A DNA stretch of 64,000 nucleotides from the human T2T-CHM13v2.0 reference genome, Homo sapiens (GCF_009914755.1 NC_060925.1); one strand, 5' to 3'; shown: positions 13,290 to 27,346, counted from the stretch's first letter. Made by a program: numbers and translations. Notes: generated from the letters alone by a model not told the origin.

Positions 13290-14074
13290 TGTGGTAGGCA
13301 AGATAATGCTTCACCCCCAAACAAAGTCAGCATCCTAATCTCTGAACTGGTGAATATATTACCTTACACAACAAAAGAGACTTTGCAGGTGTGATTAAAT
13401 TAAGGGCCTGGAGATGGGGGATGATCCTGGATTATGCAGGTGGCCCAATGTAATCACAGAAGTTCTTGAAAGTGGCAGAGGGAGGCAGAAGAAGAGCCTA
13501 GAGGAGGTGTGATTACAGAGCAAGGGTCAGAGTGATGTGATATGAGAAGGACTCAAAGTTGTTGGCTTTGAAAACAGAGAAAGGGATCATGAGCCAAGGA
13601 ATGCAGGCATCCTCTAGAAAGTGGAGAAGGCTGGGAAATGGACTCTCTGCTAAAGCCCCAGAAAGAATCAGAGCCTTATGAAACCATGGTTTCCTTTATT
13701 TTAAATTTTTAAATTTTTTATATTTTTGAGACAGGTTCTCATTCTGTCACCTAGGCTGGAGTGCAGTGACACAAACATGGCTCACTGTAGCCTTGACCTC
13801 CTGGGCTCAAGTGATCCTTCCCACCTCAGCCTCCTGAGTAGCTGGGACCACAGGTATGCACCACCATGCCCGGCTAGTTTTTTTTTATTTTTTATTTTGA
13901 GATGGGATCTCACTGTGTTGCCCATGCTGGTCTCAAACTCCTGGGCTCCATGATTTTAGCCCAGTGAGACCTGTGCCAGACTTTGGTCCTGCAGAACAGT
14001 AAGGCAATACATGTGTGTTGTTTTAAGCCACTGAGCTTGTGATAATTTGTTACAGCGGCAATAGGAGACTAATC
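13290..14074 (+). mobile_element. MLT1D-like MaLR solo LTR, interrupted by AluJ
   Basis: tgtggtaggca start, gactttgcaggtgtgattaa and ggcccaatgtaatcaca core, ttgttacagcggcaataggagactaat end. Confidence 0.88.
13692..13947 (-). mobile_element. 5'-truncated AluJ
   Basis: Antisense AluJ ending at ctcctgggct, flanked by TSD ccatg(g/a)ttt. Confidence 0.93.
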
Positions 14075-15117
14075 TACTTGGGATACATGTTACTTTTTGT
14101 TTCTGAGGATTCTGTTTGGAATTATGACTCTGAGTGCCTCTAGAACATGTTGCATCAGGAAAACTCAGCAAGACTCAAACCAAGACAGAGAAGAAAGTGA
14201 ATATGGAAAGATGAGGATGTGGCCTAAGTGAGTAAGTACAACAAAACTATTTATCATTTCAGTTATATTTTCTGACAGTCCCTTAGAGGAAGCTGTGATT
14301 TTAGTTTCAAGAAATGGTACACCTTCGGTTGACATTATTGACATTTGGTTTTATTTAGAATTTAAAGAGTATGACAATATGCTTTCATGTTAATGATTTA
14401 GCAGACAGTAATACAAAAATCTGAATTTTAATGCCTTCATTTTTGGTTAATATGTTTATCTCACAGCAAACTAAACAGACAACAGCAAAATCAATATCTT
14501 TAATGTTATTCAAGGGCCATCTTTTAAATCTGTGGGAGAAGTCTTGATCAAACAGTTCCTTTTTGTTTCATTCTCTTTCATCAGTGAAGTGAGAGGTGGA
14601 AAAGATCTACTAGATCATAAATTAATGATCCTGTGTTAATGCAGATGTCCCCGCTAATTAATGACAGCAAAATGCAAAGCTTGAGCATATTGAAATATCT
14701 TGCAGTCTAGGAAAAAGGTTAAAAATTATTTACCCCATACCTACCCAAAATTTGTTGCTGTTTTACACAAAAAGTAGACATAAAGCCCTGACTTGAAATC
14801 TTAATCTCAGTGATTCTTTTTAAACAGATTTCTTCTCTAACTGGGGGTCAGGCAGAATTGGGCAACCTCAGAGCAGACACAGGGAACTCCCGTGATACTC
14901 TGTCACTAGGCAGAGTTGTTGCAGCTCAGCTACTTTGTGTTTTTCCCCAGTCCCTTTGCTGGTTACACTGATTTCCTGCGAGTGGGTGCCAGATATGCCA
15001 CTGGGAGCTATAGGGCTCAGAAAAGATGCATTGCCTGAATGAGGGGGGAGGTGTAACTTTACAAAATAGTATACTTAGAAATGGATGCTAATAACAATCA
15101 ACATAAGTAAATATAGA

Positions 15118-15285
15118 ATCCAGATGTCCTTGATGACCTATCTTCAGAAATGACACACCATCATTTCTATAGTATCCTATTGGTTCCACTGATTGCCACT
15201 ACTTATTGTAGGCATGGACTACACAGGGGTCCGAATGCAAAGAGGTGAGAATGACAGAGAATGATTTTAGAGGCTGACTAACACA
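15118..15285 (-). mobile_element. Old MLT1 (H/I/J-type) LTR fragment
   Basis: tcagaaatgacacaccatcatttctatagtatcctattgg...ttagaggctgactaacaca. Confidence 0.65.
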
Positions 15286-15289
15286 GATA

Positions 15290-16345
15290 GGTTATTTTCC
15301 TTCAAAGACATTGATACCATTTAGCTACAGAACCCTTGAGTCTTCAAGCTACAGAACCCTTCCTTTAGAACTAGAACATTTACATAGTTGTCTGCTCACG
15401 TTGTCTTCTTCCAGAGTGATGGCACCGAAGATCATGATGTAGGGTCTTGAATGGAAAGATCAATATCAATGTTATGGAAAGAATTATCCACCAAGTAACT
15501 CAAGCCCATGAATAATCTATTCTATGTTCTAGTAGAGAACCTTTCTTTTTTCTTAAGGCAAACAAGCAAACAACAACAACAAAACACCTTGTGCTTGAGG
15601 TTAAACCAAATACTTCAAGACTTGCCATTTGGAAAGTTGCTGAGCTTATGTGGATTAAGGAAGAATGTCGTAGTCTCTTTTACATTCTTGACAAAAGTCT
15701 TTTAGATAGCTAATGGATAATTCAAGGCTCTGACACTGATGAAATTATCAAATGTGAAGCAGTGGTGAACACAATTTCAAAATCATCAGCCAAGTCTTAG
15801 AGGTGAGCACATGCCAACATCAAAAGCAATGAGACGCGATGGGATGTGGTGTTTCTTTATGTACCAGAGAAGTAAAACCAGGTACATTGATGCTAAGCAT
15901 AGCATGTGCATCATAAATTCAACAAGTATCAAGATTTTGTATCCAAGTCAGGCTTTTGTTTGGCAACAAAACTCTTTTACAGTTTTGGAGATGTCAATGG
16001 CCTTTGAGGTTTCCAGAAAAGACTGACAGCATAGGAATTCTCTGATAGCATCAGTGTGCACCTAATGGACAAAAATCAAAAGGTAGATGTGTTGAAAGAC
16101 TTCAATAACTATCTTCAAGGGAAATGGCTTATTAGCCAATTCTTCCACGACCTTCATCAAATAATAGAAAGAAATGCTGGTGATTCTGAAGTAGATGACT
16201 TTATTTGACAGGAATACTGTTTTAATATTCCTTCTCTGATCCAAACTATATCTCTTTTAACTACTTTCCAGGACAAAGTTTTCATAATTGTGTGTGAATT
16301 CTTTTCCTAAGGAATATTATAAACATCTTGGAGAAATGTATGAAA
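15290..16345 (-). mobile_element. Charlie/Buster-family hAT transposase fossil
   Basis: Minus-strand translation gives TVFLSNKVIYFRITSISFYYLMKVVEEL...LLIFVH (ORF 16062-16244), then DAHAMLSINVPGFTSLVHKETPHPIASHCFxCWHVLTSKT (from 15912). This matches the Charlie pattern DGAPAMLG...GF..LVKKE.PH...THC.LHRHALASKT. Confidence 0.85.
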
Positions 16346-16768
16346 ACAAAGTTTTGTGTTGAAGTGAAGCTGCGTTTTGGTAAGGTTCCCGCCAAAAATA
16401 ACTACCTTGCCCGATGTTGTTGAGCGGCTGGACAGTTTTGCTGGATTTGTGCTTTCACCAGGAGGATCCAGGCCACACAGGAGCACTGTGGCGTTTGTAT
16501 CTCCTGATGTTCAATAGTGAAAGTAGAAATAAAGACATGGAAGACTTATCATTTGTTTCTTTTCCATGACATTTCCCCTAACTGAACTTGGGCCTATGTG
16601 AAAAGGTAGAGATGTCAGGTTATACTTCCTTTCGTTATGATCTATAGGACACTAATCTCAGTGCCATATCATGGTAATAATGATTACTTTTACCTTACTT
16701 GACCATGTACAATGGAATCCCTTGTACTTGTTTGAAGCAAAATATCTTAATAACATGATTGATATTAA

Positions 16769-17067
<299 letters not shown>

Positions 17068-17269
17068 ATCAAACACTATTTTTAATGAAAGCAATTATCA
17101 AAGTAACAAAAAGGCAGATCGAAGAAAAATAATGTTCTCCCAAGGCTCACCCATGAATTCCCTAGGAAACCTTGCCCCATTCATTTAGTTTTTTGTCTTT
17201 TCCTCACGAGACTGAATTTCTTGTGGGCCTTAATTTCTTTGTCACTGCAAGATTTAGTTGTTTCTTACG

Positions 17270-17400
17270 CTAGAAACACCAGCACCCCAGAAGCCCCTTG
17301 GAATCATTCACCCCTATTCCCCAAAGAGTTACTACTCTGACTTTTAATAGCATAGATTAGTTTTGACTATTTTGTACTTTATATAAATGAAATGATACCA
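17270..17400 (-). mobile_element. L1ME-type 3' fragment
   Basis: ccagcaccccagaagcccc...actctgacttttaatagcatagattagttttg. Confidence 0.7.
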
Positions 17401-17682
17401 TTTTTACCTTTAGGTTCTTCTAATATTCTGCCTGGATTGTGGTATTTTATAAATTTTGTGTGTGTTTTCAATGATGAGGATGCAAGCTCCTTTATGTAAC
17501 TTCTCGGTAGAAAAAAGCAGAATCTGGAACAGTGCCTTCAACAGAATACATTAAACTGAATGCTCCTAAACCTATTCAATTCAGCCAAGCTGGTGGAGAT
17601 GCAGACTTGATACCTTACCATGAACTCGTCGGAGGATGGGGATCTAGTTTTCTATTCTAGTCATCTTTCCTAGACACCACTC

Positions 17683-17707
17683 TGTGTGTGTGTGTGTGTG
17701 TGTGTGT
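17683..17707. repeat. (TG)n microsatellite
   Basis: About 12 TG units. Confidence 0.95.
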
Positions 17708-20461
17708 ATGCACATGTGTGCATAGAATTATTCTGAGTCAATTCATCACTGCCTAATTTAACCAACATTTCTGAAAATATGCATGATAATAAAAAATAAG
17801 GGATTTTTCCCCCATCCTAATAGTATTAATGGAGGATTCATCAGACTGGAGTTAACTTACAGCTGACTTTTGGGATTTATCTGAAACACTATTCTTAGCC
17901 TTGTAGCTTCCTTCTGGTGACTTTATTAATTGATCAGATAAGAGTGTCATGGGGCCCCACTAGTGATGATGGGACCAGTGGGTTGTTTTCCTCTCCAATC
18001 TAGGAAACAGCTGGGTGTGTTTCACAGCTGCCATGACACTGTGAAAAGATCCTTACACCCGTTTCCTATGCTGCTTTTCCTTTTTGTTTGTTTGTCTGAC
18101 ATATTACCACCATTAATGCTTGCCAGAAGCTAGGCAAATCTTTTGTCAAAAACCAACCTGCAACTCTACAGAGAATATTTTTCTGGATCACTTACTTTCA
18201 TTTTGAGCGTTTTTAGAAGCCTTTTTAGAAGGCTTTTGAATTCCCAGTATTCTGGGAGGCATTGACTTCTGCTGTGCACTCAGGACCATAGCAAATGGGT
18301 TGTTCTGAGAGATAAGGAAAGAAGCCCTTGAAATGTAGCTTCTTAATGGAGCCATTCTGCGAAGGATTGACCTGACAAACAGCTCCGATGTATTCACTGC
18401 GGATGTTCATCTCTAAACAGCCACACACATTTCCTGCAGAGTCATGGTAGTGCAAGCTGCTTCAAGTACATTGAGGGAGTGGGAAGACAGTGGTTGAATA
18501 ATACGGGAGCTCCAGCTGAGAGATGCCTGTGGTACAGCTCTGGATTGCGGTGGACAGAGCTTCAGATCTGTTGAGTTTGAGAGTCATAGCCAAGATTTCC
18601 TGCTCACTGCTTCTACTGTTATTCCCATTGTTAGTTGCTGGCATCTCATATCTTAGATCATTAATCCATCCGCTGGCTCCCTATTGCTAATCCCTTATAG
18701 GCAAGACTTTGAGACTGTCCCTTCAAGATTCAGAGGGTCATTTCTGGCCCTCTCCTCCACTTTTTCTACACACTGATACTCTTTCCTATTATTCATAAAG
18801 CGATAGATCATAAACATGCTCTTAAGCAAGAGTGCTAATCAACCAAGCAGCACTGCCGGTGAGTTGGTTCATATTTTGTTCCTTCCATTGGGTTCCAGCT
18901 GCGCTCTTCCTGTTTTACCAATTAGGTGAATGGGAGAGGTGTGAGGCATGGTGAGCCCAGCAACAGATACAGAAACACCTTGTCTCTTCATTTGCTTTTG
19001 TTGTGAAGGTGACCATCAGGGGGACTGTGTACAGTGCCAAAGAGTGGCCTGTCCATCTCCCTTAGTTATGACGGCAGCAAATAACAAAGTCTCCATGTGG
19101 ACGCAAGGGCTTTCTACAGTTTAAACCAAGACAATGGGAAAGTATGTTTTCTTGGCCCTTTGCAGGAAATCCTGCCCAACACAGGAAAGAATGGAGCATT
19201 TCCCGGACCGTGGGCTGCCCGGGCCTGGCTTTCTAGGGTGGGCTTGAGCAAACCCGGTAAAAGATGCTTATCCTCTTACTGAATAAGAAAACCCAGCAAC
19301 ATCACCCATGCCCAGAGGTGCTAATGTTCAGCAAAGCCCCAACATGAATTAGCTGGAACATACAAAAAATGATATGTATGATTCAGAATAGACTAAAGGA
19401 GAGATGTACATCTGACCTTGACTTTGCCCATTTTCTCTGCTTAGTTTTCAGCATGTTACAAAAATACCTCTCCACCAAGAAAAACAGGAGAAGATACTAC
19501 TTGGAAAGAAAGGAAAGTGAGATCTGTCTCATGACATTAGAAACAGATGATTGCTCAATATCTTTATTCTGAAAGCCATGGCTTCTAAATTTTTTTTAAA
19601 ACTGCAAGCTACAATTGTTTTCCCTGGGCCCTGCTGGAAGTCACAGGGTAAATAAGGCACAGCCATCCTTTCCTTTGCTGGTGGCCCTCTCGGATGGTGA
19701 CATGTCGTAGCAGCAATGGTGCCTCTGAACAAAAATAATGAGAGAAACATCTGTCTCCTGCTACGCTCTTTTCCAGGCAAATGGCACTTAAGATTCTTAT
19801 TTTAGACTTGTAAGTGCTCCCACAAAAAAGCAGCTTCGGTGTTAACTGCATCTCCTTCTTTCTTTGAATCTGTTGATCACTTTTTCCTTTGCTTGTATTT
19901 TAAGACAGTTTAAAAACAAAGATGACAACAAGATACATGCATGTCTCTGGTACTGTGGGATTAAGAAAAAAAAGAGGTGAAGAATACAGTAGAATGGTGT
20001 CATGTGGGTGCAGATAATTCTTCCGTCCTTGTTAAAAGAAATTGGGAGAGGCAATGTTTTGGAAATGTTTATACCTAATATATTGTAGAGGCTTGAAAAT
20101 TACCAAGTAAACCAGATCATGAATGAAATAGTGTTGCTAGCGGTGCTCTCTTGTAGTCAGGGATCATAGTCCAAATATTGAGGAGGACCTACTCTTGTCT
20201 GTTTCTCTCTCTCTCTCTTTCTCTCGCTCTCCTGCTCTTTCTCTGTCTTCTCACACATACACACCCTGGCCCCTACACAACTACGACTCACTTTCATCAG
20301 GAATTCAGATAATGTCCCCGAGATTAAAGAACGACTTGTGAACTGGCATCTCTGAAGCAGCGAGCTGGAAACACAGGCTTCGTGCTTTCCCACTGGGATA
20401 TTTAGAAGAGCATATGCATAAAGTGATACCATTTTTTGTTTATTTTGGCTTGCATACAACT

Positions 20462-20890
20462 AAGACATTTTAGAGCTGGAAGGAACTTCAAAAACGAAGC
20501 AGTTCAACCCCTCGGTTTTTCTAATGAGGGAACCGAGGCTCCGCGAAATGCCTCCGTGTGGCCGAGGTGGCAGCGGGGCGCTGGATTCTCACGTCTGGCT
20601 TCTCCAGCCGTCTCTTCCCAAGGTCTCTCCGCTCTCTCTGGCTTTTCTTCTCCACCTCCTCAAGCATTTCAGATCGACTTCCTCCTCCACGCCGCTCACG
20701 ACCTCTTCCCAAAGCATTCTGCTGCTGTTATTTGGAAAATAACGAACACAGAAGCGATGTGTTTCTGCGGATATTTTAGTGCTCACAGACTTGCGGCATC
20801 TGACCAGCCTGGGCACAGCACTGTGTGCGCGCATACCGTAGAGTGGGGAGGGCACCCGCATCACAGTCACCTCAGCACCACCCTTCCGCT
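20462..20890. promoter_or_regulatory. Small CpG-rich island overlapping an antisense MIR (20462-20620)
   Basis: Roughly 25 CpGs in 400 bp by eye, against a CpG-depleted background. MIR motifs ttttagagctggaaggaac and atgagggaaccgaggctc. Confidence 0.55.
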
Positions 20891-21074
20891 ACCCTTCTTC
20901 ATTATTTGTAAACAAATATGTTTCTGAAATTTTGTCATGACTTTTAGAAATTAATTTAGGATAACCATTTAACGAGATTTAAGATTGCCTAAAAGGAAGA
21001 CAGAAGAGTAAACCTGTATAAGTTCAAGTTTATTCTGAAAAAGTTTTTGGTTAATATTACAAGTTGATGTTTTA

Positions 21075-21280
21075 TCCTTCCATCCATCCATCCATCCATC
21101 CATCCACCCACCCATCCATCCATTTATCCACCCATCTATCCTCCATCATCCATCCACCTACCCCACTCACCCATCCATGCATCCAGCCATCAATCCATCC
21201 ATCCATCCATTTATCCACCCATCCATCCTCCATCATTGTCCACTTACCCCATCCATCCACCCATCTATCCATTCATCCAA
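21075..21280. repeat. (CATC)n simple repeat abutting an L2 3' end
   Basis: Degenerate TCCA units followed by antisense L2 tail (cattcaaaaacattt...gtgccgg). Confidence 0.92.
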
Positions 21281-21403
21281 CAAGTTTTATTCAACCAACA
21301 TCTCATTCAAAAACATTTTCTGCATGCATCGTGCCGGTTATTGTGTGCACAATAGGTTACAGAAACACAATCTAGTGGGGAGATAGAAAAGTATGAATAA
21401 TGA

Positions 21404-21718
21404 GGCCAGGCGCAGTGGCTCATGCCTACAATCCCAGCACTTTGGAAGACTGAGGTGGGTAGATCACCTGAGGTCGGGAGTTCGAGACCAGCCTGGCCAA
21501 CACAGCAAAACCCTGTCTCTATTAAAAATACAAAAATTAGCCAGGCCTGGTGGTGCATGTTTGTAATCCCAGCTAGTCAGTGGGGCTAAGGCAGGAGAAT
21601 TGCTTGAACCCGGGAGGCGGAGGTTGCAGTGAGCCAAGATCATACCACTGCACTCCAGCCTGGGCAGCAGAGAGAGACTCCATCAAAAAAAAAAAAAAAA
21701 AAAAAAAGAAAGAGAGAG
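21404..21718 (+). mobile_element. AluSx-like SINE
   Basis: Full Alu; TSD agaaaagtatga(a/g)taatga at 21385-21403 and 21719-21737. Confidence 0.97.
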
Positions 21719-22193
21719 AGAAAAGTATGAGTAATGATTATACAATGGGATGGTTGATATGTAGTATACACATAGATACAACATAATGTACTGTTGATAG
21801 AGATTTGTGCAAGGCTTTTGACTGAACAGTATAAAAGCCACAACAATGAGTAATAAATATTTCCTGCCAATTAGGAGTTTTAATTAATAGAAAAGATGAG
21901 ACATGTACACAAAAAACTCTAATACAAGATAAAATATAATGTCATTTGCTCTGAATTTCTCTGTAATTTATAGCATTTTAAAACTTGGGGACAGAAACTC
22001 CATGTATAAATATAAGAAAAGATATGAAAGTGGTTGTTGTTATTTTGGAATAGGATGGAAAAAGATCTTGAGGGTCAGAGTGTCTCATGGGTTAAAGGTA
22101 ATAATTAGCAAAGAGTGCTACAGTTTAAACAAAGAACCTTGTGTGTCTAAGCAAATATAAACTGTTCAGCTAATATAAACTGTGAGAGAATCA

Positions 22194-22707
<514 letters not shown>

Positions 22708-24070
22708 TCATGCCACAGGGACTTGGGCGAGACTGCTCCTGACACCAACTCCTGCCATGCTCTTGCAGCCTTCAAGAGGAGGAGGGCCGTCACCAAGCCA
22801 TCTGGTTTGGATGCCAGAGACTGACTTCCTAGGAGACTTTCTGCTTTCATTTTCTTTGGTGTTATCAAATGCGATGTTGAGCCTTCTGGAATTGTTTTGC
22901 ACTTCATCAAGTCACAAAAAGGAGAGCTATTATCTCCACAATGATGGGAAAAATTCCGTAAGAGGTGAAGCGTTCAGAACCTGGAGATGTAAAACTAATT
23001 CTTTTGTTTAGCTGGGCACCAAGTCGTTACTCAAAAGCCCCACCTTTTTGATGTCTTCTGCCCATGAAGCCCATCTAAAAATGAGAAGAGGGTTTTCTGT
23101 ATGTTTTCTTAAGATGTTTCTTGGAAGAGTGTTTTCTCTCTCGGCTCAGGGCTTTACTAAGTGACATCTCCCTTCTTGCTTTGGTTTTATTGACTTATCT
23201 ATACATTTCTTATGCCTAGTCTGACTTCCTTAATTCCAAACCCTAATGTTCATTTAATTTTGGATATTTTTAAAGGAGTTTCCAGGCAGCTAGGTTTGCC
23301 TTTTTCTCATGCTGAGACTGACCTTTCTGATGCCTTTATCATATTTTCTTGAAGTAGATTTAGCTACTCTGGTATTATTTGCCAGTGAAACCAAAGCACT
23401 ATGCAAAAGCCTTCCTCTTTCCCTATCTCCTGTCTTAAAATGGGTCATCAAGAATTTTGAATTAATCACTTACTCATCAGTTAGGAGATTGAATGCTCTC
23501 TCTACCATTTTCTTCAAGTCCTTTTTATGAAATAAATTAATAAAAATAAAAGCAACAATTCCATTAGAAAAACATAAATTCTTGTCAGTCAAGTCACACT
23601 ACAGCTAAAAATCCTAATAACCACTTTTCACATTCCACATAGCCTAATTTTTACATTTTAATTGATTGATTTTTAAATGTTTGTTTTTGTTTTTAATTTT
23701 GGCCTACAGTCAATTCTCTAAGCGAACACAGTATTCCAAATTGTGTTAAGACAGTGGCTTGACAGGAAGAAAAAATAAAGTTTCAAACTGGGACTTAAAA
23801 CCATTTCAAATTATTTTCAATAATTTAGCCCTACTTAAGGCATTAAAGATCACAGCATCAAGAGTTGTGAAATATCAAAAGAGGTACAATTTTAAAAATA
23901 TGTACATTGCCATGATGAAACAGTAGAAGATGAGTGATAAAGACACCACTTAAAAAATGGAACCTGATCTCCACATATGGAAATATCTGAATTGAGCAAA
24001 ACTATTCTTCTTAAGCTGAGCTCATTGGTTATTTAAGGACTCGTGAATAGATCCATGAATAAAATCCACC

Positions 24071-25158
24071 TGTGGTGGTTTTAAAACATGGCTGCAAACT
24101 CTTTGGCACTCTTCCATTCACAGGTGAAATCTCATTCCCCTCCCTTGAAGATGGGTTGGCTTTACTGACTAGCTTCTAACAAAGAAAGCATGACAGAAGG
24201 GATACTGAGTGACTCGTGAGGGTCATTAGAAGGTTGATACAACTTCTATCTAGCTCGCTCGCTCTCTCCCAGGATGCTCGCCCTTGGAACCCAACAGTCA
24301 TAAGGTAAGGAAGCCCAAGCCACGTGGAGACACCACATGTCAGCGATCTGGCCAATAGCTGAGGTCCCAGCTGTTTGAAAATGTAACTGCGATCTGTTTG
24401 AATGAAATGTGGTAAGACACATAGACACAGAAATGACTCTTTTGAAGGAAGAAGTTTTTACCCTCACAGATCCCTGGAAAGAGAAGGCACATCACACCAT
24501 GGGGGATCATACAGGGAAGCGCTAAGGATGGTCAGGAGGCAGAGAGAGTGAGGGGAAAATGTGGGCAAGAGTCTTTATTGTAGTTTCTGTGGGAAGGAAA
24601 AGAAAGGCAGGCTGAGCAGGTTTAGGATTGGCTTGAGTAATTTCGGTGGTCTCTAGAATATAAGGGTAGTCTCTAGTTGTCTGTTCCCTGAGCAGATAGG
24701 TAAGTGGCCCAAGCTGGAAAAGCTCAATAAAGGAGGTGGTTGGGGTACAGGGCTCTGGATTGGCTGGGGTACAGGGCTCTGAACTGGTTGGTTTGCATAT
24801 GAAAGTCATTCATTATCTCTATGAATCAGCTAGCCCTGAGAGGGGAAGTCCCTTTAGTGCCAGCAAGACCCTTGCTGTCCAAGTACCAGGATAAAATATA
24901 TGCTTAATACACCAGCTGGCCATCAGCCTCAACTGCCCGACATGTGAGTGAGCAAGGCTTTGAGTTGACTCCAGCCTCAGTCACTGTAATCTGACTACAG
25001 CCACTTGAGAGGCCCTGAGTGAGAACTGTCAAATTGAACTATGTCTGCCTCCCAAACCCAGGATAGACAACAACAACAACGATAATGATAAACGGTCACT
25101 TTTGGTGCTTTATGCCAGCAGTGGGTGGCTTGTTATGCAGCAATGGGTAAGTGGAACA
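24071..25158 (+). mobile_element. MLT1G-like MaLR LTR split by MER74A
   Basis: tgtggtggttttaaaacatg...aaactctttggcactc start and ttgttatgcagcaatgggtaagtggaaca end. Confidence 0.82.
24372..24911 (-). mobile_element. MER74A (ERVL) solo LTR
   Basis: TG...CA termini, 5-bp TSD ccagc (24367-24371 and 24912-24916), hallmark catatgcaaaccaacca...gagccc...cccaaccacctcctttat on the minus strand. Confidence 0.88.
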
Positions 25159-26984
25159 CCTTCGGTTTAAGGAATTGACATTGCATAAATCACCTTTACG
25201 TGCTAATACTTATACTTTCAACATTTAGAGAAATTGTAGGTAATATGGTTTACGTTATACATTCTCACATATAAGTCATTCTCCATATGATATCCTTTTA
25301 ACAGCTTAATTATGGCATTTCTGGAATGTTTTAAGCACATAGATTGTCCTTTAAACCATAACGTCTATTTTGAAGCAAATTACTCTCATCAGTTACTATA
25401 TACAAATAAAGATGTTCATTTTAGCTAAGAGCCATTGAAGATGAGAACATGGCTGCTTGAAGACACTAACATTATGGGGCAAAAACTGATTGGGCTCCTC
25501 TCTAGAGAGCATTCATAAAATTATTTTTGCTTGTACCTAAGAGGCCATTGCAGTAGCCTTGGAAGAACAGCAAAAGGGTGCAGGATTGATGCCTGGGCTT
25601 ACCCAGATTGGTGAGGCTGAGCTGTCTCCCTCATCAGCTATTTATTCACTTTCATAAAGAGCAGTCCCTGTGGCTTTGGGCCCCACTCATCAGCTTGTTT
25701 CTGCTCTTAGCCACTCTGCTAGCACCACAGAGGCTGGCCCTGGAGATGAACTTGCTCAGCTCACCACCCAGGAAGAAGATTCATTCCTGGAGCTGATGCT
25801 CATGGGGTGTGTGATGGTCACAAAATAGCAGGTGGTCAGAGGGTCTTCACTCAAGGGGTGCTAACGACCCTTGTTCACCTCACCTGAATCCGGAAGGGCA
25901 GCCCCTCTTGCAATAAAAGGAGGGGAAGCCTCAGGCCTTCCCTCTGTCCTCCTCTCTAAGCATCTCTGGATGAGGAGGTCTAACAAAGGCCAGGTACTGG
26001 ATGCTGCAGAGTATGACCCAGGTGCGCCTCCAGCTCCTCTGCCTCCTACCCTTTCTACAGTCTTTCTCCCATCCCCACTCCAGGTGTCCCTGCCCCAGTA
26101 TTATCTGGGATTTCTGATGTTACCTCAGCTTCTGAGACCCAAAATTATGTTGCTCAAGTGGTGAAAAGTCAGGTGAGAGTTGGGGATTCAGGGACTGGAG
26201 AGCTGTGCCTAGAAGCTCTTCTAATCAGGCCAACCTGGTTATCACCAGCTCAGTGTCCTATGAGGCCACCCTGCTCTGTGGAATTACTCCATTGAGAAGT
26301 TCCTGTTCTCCCATCTACCACATGAAAAGACAATCTGGAAAAAAAACACAACTCAAAACATTTCAGGAAACATAATTTTAAATGCCACAAACTACAGGTT
26401 TAAAGCATTATTTTGCAAATCCTAAAATTCTGACATTAACATTTTAATAAGTTGTTATTCACACATTTTCAAAATAAAGCCTGAAATTGTCCATAAAGGA
26501 AATCTCTTCAGAGGCAAAGTAAGGAGTTCTCCTTCAAGTTCACCTAAATGGCCTCAAATGTTTTTACCTTTAAAGACTATGCATCGTCTTGTAGCCCCAG
26601 TTGCTAGCGACATAGCAGGTGTTCATTGTTGTGTGGATGAATGAGTGAATGGGAGAGAAAAAGATATGGCATCTTTAAAAATCAGAGAAGTAACTTATGC
26701 ACTCAACCAAATAGACCAAGGATGATTGATACTTCTTTTAACACCAAATACTGGAATGAAGAACTATTTGAGACAGGATCTATACTACTAATTAAATTGA
26801 CAGCAGTAGCCAATTGTGCCTGAATCTGGCTGCTCTGTGATCAACAACTACCACCCCACCACCACACACACACAACATCCTGCCAAGTGAATAATCTTCT
26901 CGTTAATTCAATTAAGCTGTTCAGAAATTGATGTCTTGTTAGATGCAGGGGCTGGTTTTCTAGAAAGCTTCATGACTTGATTAA

Positions 26985-27346
<362 letters not shown>

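Noticed and set aside
15323-15361. Short direct repeats (15-bp here; also ~56334-56400 and ~58016-58049)
   Set aside because: Ordinary slippage products; no repeat-spacer periodicity, so not CRISPR-like.
20436-20927. 163-aa ORF and an apparent CTCF motif (gccgaggtggcagc)
   Set aside because: The ORF starts at a non-ATG codon and runs through a MIR; the motif lacks the conserved CC at the 5' side of the CTCF core.
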